A stretch of 64,000 nt of DNA from Amoebophrya sp. A120 (Eukaryota > Protista > Dinoflagellata). Positions 47,308 through 55,800 of this stretch are shown piece by piece. The DNA lies in NCBI GenBank assembly GCA_905178155.1, contig CAJINV010000002.1, positions 7,470,743 through 7,534,742 of the forward strand, in the 5' to 3' direction. Position 1 is the first letter of the stretch, and the number at the start of each line of letters is the position of its first letter. The translations under genes and the position numbers were made by a program. Below the pieces are notes generated by a model, which was not told where the DNA came from, searched no databases, and saw only the letters and a list, made by a program, of their open reading frames with translations.

Positions 47308-50202
47308 TTACATCTGGGATAGGATCTCCAAAGCTTCCTTCAGAGAGTCGATCTCCTCCTGGCGTTTCTTCTGCTTCTCCTCGAAAGAGACACCTGGAAA
47401 GTTTTTTGAAAGGTTGAAAGGAAAGGGAAACCGATGTCGGTGAAATTCAGGATGTCATTTTGCTTTCTGAACTCCAAATACAAGCAGTTTCACAATTCAC
47501 GAGAATGCCTACAAGCGCATCTTCTATACCCTTGGCGATGCACTTGGGGTCGATGACCTCCCGCTTTTCCTTCAGGTGGTTCTCCAGGGTGGCCTTGTAC
47601 TCCTGCAGGGCATCCTTGGCGTTCAGCAGGTCCTCTTTCTTCTGCGCCAGGTCCTCCTGGGTGCTGTTGAGCGAGGATTCCTTGCTGGCCTTGGAGGTTT
47701 CCGCCTCCGTCATGAACTTGTCGTGCGCGGTGGCTGCCTCGGACTCCGCCGTAGTGGTTTCGCGGATCAGCTGGTCCATCTGGGACTTGATGACCTCCAA
47801 CAAACCCAAAACGCCGCCGCCGCCCATGCCCTTGTACTCGCCGCCCTCGAAGGCCGGCTGCTTCACCTGCAGGAAGGCGCCCTCGACCTTGCTGTAGTAG
47901 CTCTGGAGCACCGTCATGGCCTGGTCCACGGCCTTGGACGCCGCGGTGGTCTCGGTGATGGTCTTCTCGTTGTCCGCTTTCTCAGTCGCCCGGTTCTTCT
48001 TGGCCTCGGCCATATCGAGCTTCAACTGCGCAATCTCCTTGGTGAACTTCTCCTCCGCAGCGGTCAGCTGCTCGACGTTGGAGGTCAACTTCTCCACCTT
48101 GGTGCTCTCCTTCGCGACCTTGGATTCGAACTCCTCGATGGCAGCCTTGTTCTCAGCCATCTCCTTGTCGCACATGCCCTTCTTAGTCAGCTCGGCCTTC
48201 TCCTCCTCCTTCAACTTGTTGATCAGCTCCTGGATCATCTTGCGGATCTTCACAAACGGGTCGGCTTCGGCTAGTATGGGATGGAAAATGAGAGGAGGTT
48301 TCGGTAGGATCCGTGATAGAAAAGTGTGAGCAGACGTATGCCAAGAAAAGCAACGTGGCTCGCGGCTAAGAAACATTGCATGCAAAGAAAAGTGGATCAT
48401 GAAACATAAGATATCCTTTTTCAGCATCGCATTCGCAGCTGAGTCAATGCATGAGCATGTCTTTATCTATGACTCCACCAAAACATCACCCACATCTCGT
48501 CCCCATTTCATACCAGATTCCGCGAGTTCCATGAGGATCTTGGAGTGCAGCTTCGCGCCCCGGGAGCGCAGGAAGTTGGTCAATTTGTTATCGCTGTCGT
48601 CGTTGCCGGCCTTCTTGGCGGACAGCTGCAGGAAGGAGCCGAGCGATTGGGCCTCATCCAAGTGACCACTGCCGGTCTGCACTTCCGGGGAGCTCATGAT
48701 GGAGATGGCCTGGGCGATAGCCTCCAGTTCCTCTTCACGGGACTTTTGCCGGGCTTCGTAGTCGGTGGTCTTCCGTTATCCATAGGAAATCTACCAGTAC
48801 CCTACAGGACGTCCCAATACATGGCAAGTAGATATGCATGATGTTGCCCTCGGTACGCAATTTTCTTCCCACACTCACTTGTTCGAGTGCATACTTGCTA
48901 AAAATCGTCGCATACTCCTTGGTCGAAAAAAACGACTTCAGACTACGCCTCTCTGCTTCTGCGTCCTGTACGGTATAATAGATTTGCAAAACGTATCTGC
49001 TTGCAGTCACCGACGATCTCGGCCAGGTACTTTTTGTCGTCAGCCATGAACTATTCTATGAAAAAGTATCGTACTCGTACTGCAATCATGCATCGCAAAC
49101 CTTTTTTGTAAGGTAAATCAGGATTACAAATTTTATTTCTCATGCTTAGGAAATTTGTGATGCATTTACACGAGTACAATACTTTTGCAGTTCATATGGA
49201 CTGCTCCTCCGTGGTCAGCTCCTTCTTGGCGTTCCCCTCGTCCGCTTGCGCGGTGGACTTGTTCTCGGTCTCGGCAGCCTCCATCTTGGCGGCGGCCTCC
49301 TGCTTCTGCGTAGCGTCCTGCATGTTCATCTCGAAGTGGTGCTGCTTCTCGGATTCCTCCTTCTGCAGGTCCTGCTTCTCCTGCGTGCTATGCAACACAA
49401 AACTGTATCGCAATAGTGGAAATCGAAATCGAAATAATTGTACGTACAAATTATTTTCGCACGTTTTCATCCGGATTCAGACAGAAAAATGCGTTTTTCA
49501 TGCCACAAATTCGCTACTCCCACAAACACGATATAACTTTTGCACAGGATACTCAAAGTCTTTCTGCAGGTCCTGGACCATCTTGATCACGGTGTCGGAC
49601 TGGCGCTCGGAGGCGGAGGTGAAGGGGTCCTTCACCTCTTGCAACGTCTGCATCAGACTCTGGACTGCGTCCCAGTGCTTGCCGACGCGGCCCTTGTTGG
49701 ACAGCTGCAGCAGGGAGACCGCGGCCTCCTTTTTCTCCGGGACGGCGGACAGGACTTCGACGGCCTTGTCGCAGGCATAGATGGAATCGGACAGGTCGGT
49801 GTGCTCGGCGACGAAGGCAGCGTTCTCCTCGGCCCGCACCTTCTTCATGGCCTTCTTGTTTTCCTTCATTTTCTCTTGCGTGTCCACCGCCTCGTTGATC
49901 GCTTCCGTTGCGGCCGCGATGCGCTCCTGTGCGTCGACGATCTGCGCCTGGAACTGCTGGATGGCGCGCTCGGACTCCTTGATGTCGGCTTCCTTCTCCG
50001 CCTGCGTGTCGGAGCACCATGTGTTGAAGGCCGCGAACGCGACGGATTCCTCCTGCTTTTCCTTCTGGCCCCGGCCCTCCATCTCCTTCAACATCTCGAT
50101 CACCTTGTCAATGGCCGCATTCTTTGCTGACTCCAGCTGCTTCAGATTCGTCGCAGAAGCGCTGGTGGCCAGCGCCGAAAGAGCCACGAGGGTGGACCGC
50201 AT
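47308..50202 (-). CDS. Secreted all-helical coiled-coil protein of an abundant dinoflagellate family (trichocyst-matrix-like, tentative)
   Basis: Signal peptide MRSTLVALSALATSASA; two homologous halves (AIDKVIEML...WC / DPFVKIRKMIQELI...MCDKEM) each ending C-x-RxEE(L/I)xxLxxA(I/L)xI; strong C/G third-position bias; five introns, four IE-derived, plus GT-AG 47394-47529. Confidence 0.8.
48275..48512. mobile_element. Decayed introner now forming a canonical GT-AG intron (48271-48513)
   Basis: Residual TIR tatgggatggaaaatgaga vs tatgaaatggggacgaga; intron = G + element + CTAG; gives ELAES-AEADPF. Confidence 0.65.
48777..48995. mobile_element. Introner element, 219 bp
   Basis: Shared inverted core aaatcta...tacc.tacaggacg; DR tccgt/tctgc; removal gives GDCKQ-KTTDYEAR. 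Confidence 0.78.
49052..49196. mobile_element. Introner element family B, 145 bp
   Basis: tattctatgaaaaagtatcgtactcgt / acgagtacaatacttttgcagttcata; DR tgaac/tggac; removal gives TTEEQS-MADDKKYL. Confidence 0.88.
49389..49551. mobile_element. Introner element with decayed DR, 163 bp
   Basis: Ends tatgcaacacaaaa / ttttgcacaggata; removal of element+5 nt gives LQKDFE-QEKQDLQKEE. Confidence 0.75.
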
Positions 50203-50925
50203 CTTTAGTTTCAGGAGTCGCCAGATGAACCAGTGCTGCAGAGTGGATCTTTTTCTGCCTCTGTCTGGCTGACACACAACTCTGTGGTTCACCTATTCGA
50301 GTTCGAGAACGAAACGGAAATAAAATGGCTCGCGCGGGCCACTTAAAAGAAGACGCAGGATTCCAAAAGAAGCAAAAAGCTAAAAACGTGCCTTGAACGG
50401 AGAAACGAAAACAAAATTTACAGCTCAGGATCAGGATCACCGTTGCAGCAAACTCAAAAAGACCGTTGCAGCAATCTTCAGACATCGTGCCGATAGTGGC
50501 GACGACTTAGTACCACGTCGATGAACAGGAGCATATCACCTCATTCGCGGCGAATAAGCCTTTTGATGATGTTCAGCTTTGATATAATACCACTTGTTGG
50601 CCAATTTACAAGCACAGATTTTTGCTTGATTCCGCATAAGTACTAGGTCGGAAAAAAACAACCTCTGTTTCGTGGCGGTTGCGGCAGGCGGCGTACCCAT
50701 GAAAGCTGATGGTGAAGTCGGAAAAGAAAACACAATTCGTGTAGCGTTCGTCACGTTCAAACTCAAAGCGAAACGACAGGAGCATAATGCAGCGTAGAAA
50801 TGCTTTTGAAACTAAGATATAAAGCCCGCTCGGATGAGTGCTTGAAAAGAATGTTCAGACGGAGCCAGTGGCTATCTGAGAAATAACTGCCTCCCCTTTC
50901 TTCTGCAAGTGCGGCTGCAACTGAG

Positions 50926-52101
50926 TCACCAATCCTCCAACACTGAGCCCTTCCTCTCCCCGACGTTTTTCGAGGCCCTTTTCCCGACCGCTTCATTCAC
51001 TTTCCGCACTTTGTTCAACCTGCCAACCACCGTTGGGTTGACCACTTTCTCTTGCACCTGCTTCTCTAAAGCGGGCTTGACCGCGTTCTCGAACTTCCCC
51101 ACTAGCTGTCTCGCTCTCGCCTCCAGCTTCTCCACGGACAGAGCACTGCCGGGGTCGGCCATCTGAGACAACACGTCGATCTGCGCTTTCACCGTTTCTT
51201 TGTTTTCTTTGGAAAGCTCCTTCTCGATCAGCGGCTTCAGCGTCAAACTTTCCTTGGTCAGGTTCTTCTCCTGCTGTACGTCGCCTTGAAACTTGCTGCG
51301 AGCATTGGAAATGCCAGAACCTGGTTGCGGAAAATAATCTTAATCGCGGTGGCGCCATTTGCAAGAAAAATGCAAAACCCACTCGAACATCTGAAGGAAT
51401 TTGACGGGCAGGCATTATTATTACCACTTTCATTTTGATGAACATTTTGATGAACAAACTACTGTGTACATAAACTACGAGCACGAAAGCTTACAAGGAG
51501 CAGCATGGTAAGCAGTTCCACTGAACGGTACCGACATCTGCCAGCATTTTCGCGATCTTCTTCGCACCTTCCTCGTTCTCAAAGTTCGTTTTCTTCAGTC
51601 TTTCGGCGAACTCGTGCGTAGCGGTGGCGTTCTCGTTCAACTGCTCGATGCGGAATGCTTCTTCAGTCGCATTCTTCCCGAGGGAGTCCAGCTTCGTGCG
51701 CAGTGCGGCCTGAGGACGAGGATAAGATTTGATGCTAATCTTTTCGCAAGCTGTACTAGTTCAACATCTGTACTACTCGGATAGCGATTGATCATTTATC
51801 GCATGGGCTGTCACAGGAAGTGCGTGCATACTCGAATCACATGACACGATTAAAGATTGCTTCTGCTTCACGAGACGTATATGGTCTCACACTAACTCAC
51901 CATGGTCCCTTCCAATGTAGCGAATTTGTTTGTGATGTCAACCGCGAGCTTGTTTTCGTTGTCTGCGCCAATCACGACACCTTCCACGGGGCATAGATGC
52001 CTCGTCTGTGTTGCTAGTTGCGACACCAAATCAGCAACCACTCCGTGGAGTAGCACACGGAGAACACGCATGCCACCAGCCCGCCCTGACAAGAGCAACA
52101 T
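50926..52101 (-). CDS. Hypothetical multi-exon helical/coiled-coil protein
   Basis: Exon ending FATLEGTM|GTGAGT (~51900), exon AALRTKLDSLGKNATEEAFRIEQL... (51500-51710) after an AG, final ORF 50926-51246; start uncertain. Confidence 0.5.
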
Positions 52102-52812
52102 GGCGGTTATCAGTGTCGGCCCGAAGCCCTACTTCCGCGATGAACCGTACGCGTTCGCTGCGTTTTCGATGCCTCCCAAATCACAGCGGACGGGCTCCGT
52201 CATTACCTCATGCTGTACTCTTCTGCTGCCGCTCTGCCAGCCGTGACGGCATGGTGGCAAGCAGCCGTGCCGTCACACGGCGCTGTGTTAGTCTGCCCCG
52301 GACGCAGCCCCGGAGGTAAGTAGAAGTACGTGTTACTTCCCAATTGCTGCACGCACTAGTTACGCCAGGCGGAGTGACTTGGACGTCTTCATTACGCGGC
52401 CTTCTACGCTACAACGCTTTCGAACTTTTGTTTAGGCTGACATTCAATGAGTTTGATACAGAAGCCACGACGAGGCGATTAGAGAGGAGGTACGTACGAA
52501 TGAAACGATAAACGATAATGTATCACTTGCATATGCATGTTGAGGGGGAAACGAACTTGAGTTTCCGTTCGTCGATGATTTCGCGTGGTAGGAGCCGGAG
52601 CTGCTCGGTGATGTCGATATTAGTGAAGACCTTCGACCTGCAAACAAAGCGCGCGCCATCCCTTACAGCAAAGAGTGCTACTTCTCAAGGTAGCATCATT
52701 CAAGTTTTTTTCGGCCATTCTTATCATTAGATCGCTTGTCCTCAGTGTCTGTGACGAGTTCAAGTGTCCTACCTCTTTTGGGTATAGCAAGGATCTTGGT
52801 GTTAGATTGCCC

Positions 52813-55800
52813 CTATGTTGTCCCACATTCTCGCAAAAACTGATCAATCAGTTCCGCTTCTCTTGCAATTCCCAGCCTCCTGTCCAGGCCGGCAGACACC
52901 CAACAAGCTTCTATCTTTTCCACCACGGTTTCCCGCAGCGTGTCGGAAAGCGTTCCCAACTTTTCGCCACTACTCGCCCCTTCGTCGAAGAATGCGGCGG
53001 TCCACAGAAAGGTCCAAAACAAAGCATTTCTCGCCGTGGGCAGCGTCGCCAAAAGCGCTCGGGCTGTGCCAGACAGATCATTTTTCCACATCATGGACAC
53101 GCGGTGTTTGAGTGCAGCGACGATAGCGGTAGTGTTGGCTTCAGGAAGAGAGCTGTGTGTTGGATCCTCTTTCTCTTGATGCTCGGTGACCGGGCAGGGT
53201 GTGGTATCTGTGACATCAATATCATCCCGCCCATCATTTTCCGCCGTTCTTTCCGTCGCAGGGTAAACACCCGTCGCGGCTACTAGACCCTTTCCACACT
53301 TGTCCGAAAAAGGCGAAGGGCTACCATCTATTCCAACGTCTTCGCCGACACTTCTATCCTGCGTCGCCATCTCCCTTCCCCAGACCACCGGGCGCAACGT
53401 TCCGCAAAATTTCTCTGGACAGTCGAACTGCTGCAGCCGGACCATGCGGTGAAGAATGCGAATCGGGAAGTTCTGTTTCCGAGGAGCTGTTTTCCCGACA
53501 AAGAAGAGGCTTTTCTCTACCGAAAAATGCCCGTCGAAGGAAACTGGGTAGCGCGACACGAGATTCAATTTTCCAAGTAGAGCTGATTTTTTCGACAATT
53601 TCGCCTCCTGGGGTAGTTGTCGCTCTTTTCCCGTTACTCTGATACTGCTCTCGGGGGCTGCATCGCTGTCTTCTACGTTCTCAACCTTATGGTGGTCCAC
53701 CTTCTGCATCTCATCCTGCTCATCGTCATTTTCCGCTAGCAAGCTCTTCGCCACGATTTCCGCGTTTCTTTCCTCCGTTTTCTCAGCTTCCGCAATTTCC
53801 AACTGGTCCCCGAGACAGAGATAGTACGACATCGCCTTGTTATTCGACAGAAGCCAGTGGTCATTTGTGTTTCCCAGTTGCGGAATTTGGTAGGACCATG
53901 AGGAAGCGCGCCACTGGCGGGGCGTGAAAGAACCCATCAAATTCAGCGGCCCCGCGTGGTATACACGCCCGTACGGCTCGGTAAAAGGAGCGAAGATGAT
54001 GCCAGGTCGAGGCTGAGTCGTATCCGGGGAAGACAGGCTGCCCAGGCTGCGCCGCAGCTCAGAAGCTGGCAGCGCAGGAAAATACCTGATCAGCGGTCGG
54101 ACGTGCTTGACGCAGGCCGAGAACACGTGAAGGAAAAGCATGTCCACGTTCGGATTAAAAGGATCGTCGCAAGAATTCGCATCAACTGAAGACAGCACCT
54201 TGTCCGTGCCGCTGGGTCTCACGTCCGTCAAATCTTCGTCTTCCGCAGAGCTATATGAAAGCCCTACGGCAGCTTTCGACGCTGCGTCTGGAGATGGTGA
54301 GCTGGCTTCTTCAGTGTCTGCACGAAATTCATCAACGTCCCTACGCGACGACAATTTCGTCTTCAAGAAAGCTGCAAAATCCAGCAGCGCTCGCTCGGTA
54401 AAGCATCCCGCTTGCAAGGGCTCCAACAAGTAGCCTTCGGACGCCGCAACACGGTGGCTGTGGACCAGACCAAGCCAGAAGGACCTTGAGTCGCGATCTT
54501 CGAAATTCTGCTCCTGAGCATCGGTATTTGTTTTCTTGTCAAGCATCATGAACCTGCTGTAGACAAACCGTTTGAAATTTTCCGGAATGAAGTAGACATC
54601 TGACTCGAGAAAGCAGTGCCACTTCATCACATTCGTTCGTGCGGAAGCCGCAGAAGAAGGCTCCACCTCCGCTACGTTCGCCTGGTAAACTGCATCTGCC
54701 ACTGCGACCATGCCGTAATGCGTTTTCTGCAGCAGGTTCCGTGTCGGCGCTGCCGCCGGCCCGCTGCCGCCGCTAGACGAGGGTGGTTCTCTTCTCGACC
54801 CGCGATTGCTGACACCGTTTCGTCCTGCAATTGTAGCCAAATCCATGCTTCCTGGCGCTTCTGACGATGATGTGGTGGGGACTTCTTTATCGACGTCACG
54901 AGAGATCCACTCATCCACACGAATCGGAGTGTGGGGGAAAACCTCCTGCAGGTTCAAGATGCGATGTTGAACCGGTGCTGCCGACGAATCACGCTGGCCA
55001 GCGGCGTCGCTGTTTGAATTCGCATCGCTTTCTACCTTTCCAGCAGATCGAAGTCGCTCGCGCAGCGACTGAACGTCTCCCACAGCGCTGCTGACCACTA
55101 TGCTCCTCACACCGTCGCAGTACGGAAAGGTTGCTTCGCGATGCTCGGTAAGGAGATCCTGCTCCTGGGGCCAGACGAGAAAAACGTGGCACGAAACGTG
55201 GATTGCTGCGCTTGCCTTATCAAATAATGGGTTTTCATTTTGCGCTTCACCAGCAGCTCCTGCAGAAATGGACGCTCCAGGTGATGTACTTTCTGGCGGT
55301 TGTAGTGCCTCCAGTATCTGTTTCCGTTCCTCCTCGTAAAGCTTCAAATCTGCCCCGGCAAGCAGATCATCCACTGCGCGCTCGGTGCTCTTTGGCCAAC
55401 GCGCGTGTGAAAAAGGTGCAGCAACCGGCTGTATGCGGCATAGGCCTGAATCTGCTTCGTGGTATAGTCGTTCGCTTTCGCTAGTATCTGCCGACGCAGC
55501 AACCTCAGCAAGCTCCATCTTCAGATTGTGCGAATAGGATTGCGGTGTCGTCTCCGCACCGAAAAGTTTGAAAATGAAATGGTCAAGGGAGTGCTGTTGA
55601 GCGAGAGATCGTCCTTGCTCAGTACTAGACGTAGCGCCATCTTCAACGGTAGCTGTAGCACTAGCAACTACACCTCCCCCTGTGCTGCCAGCCGCGACGA
55701 CATCAATCGTTTCTTTTTCCCTCCGCAACATGAAGCCCCAATCTTGCCGGATTTTGTCCTTATTGCGATTGAGCTCCTCTTCGTCGAGCTGTTCGCGCAG

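Noticed and set aside
47394-47529. Canonical introns starting GTAT (also 25436-25654 and 41850-41979) as ancient IEs
   Set aside because: No residual inverted repeat or ATA at the expected 3' offset, so an IE origin is unsupported.
50320-50338. Possible relict dinoflagellate spliced leader (AGCCATTTT on the minus strand) upstream of the coiled-coil gene
   Set aside because: Only 9 nt match to the 22-nt leader; expected by chance.
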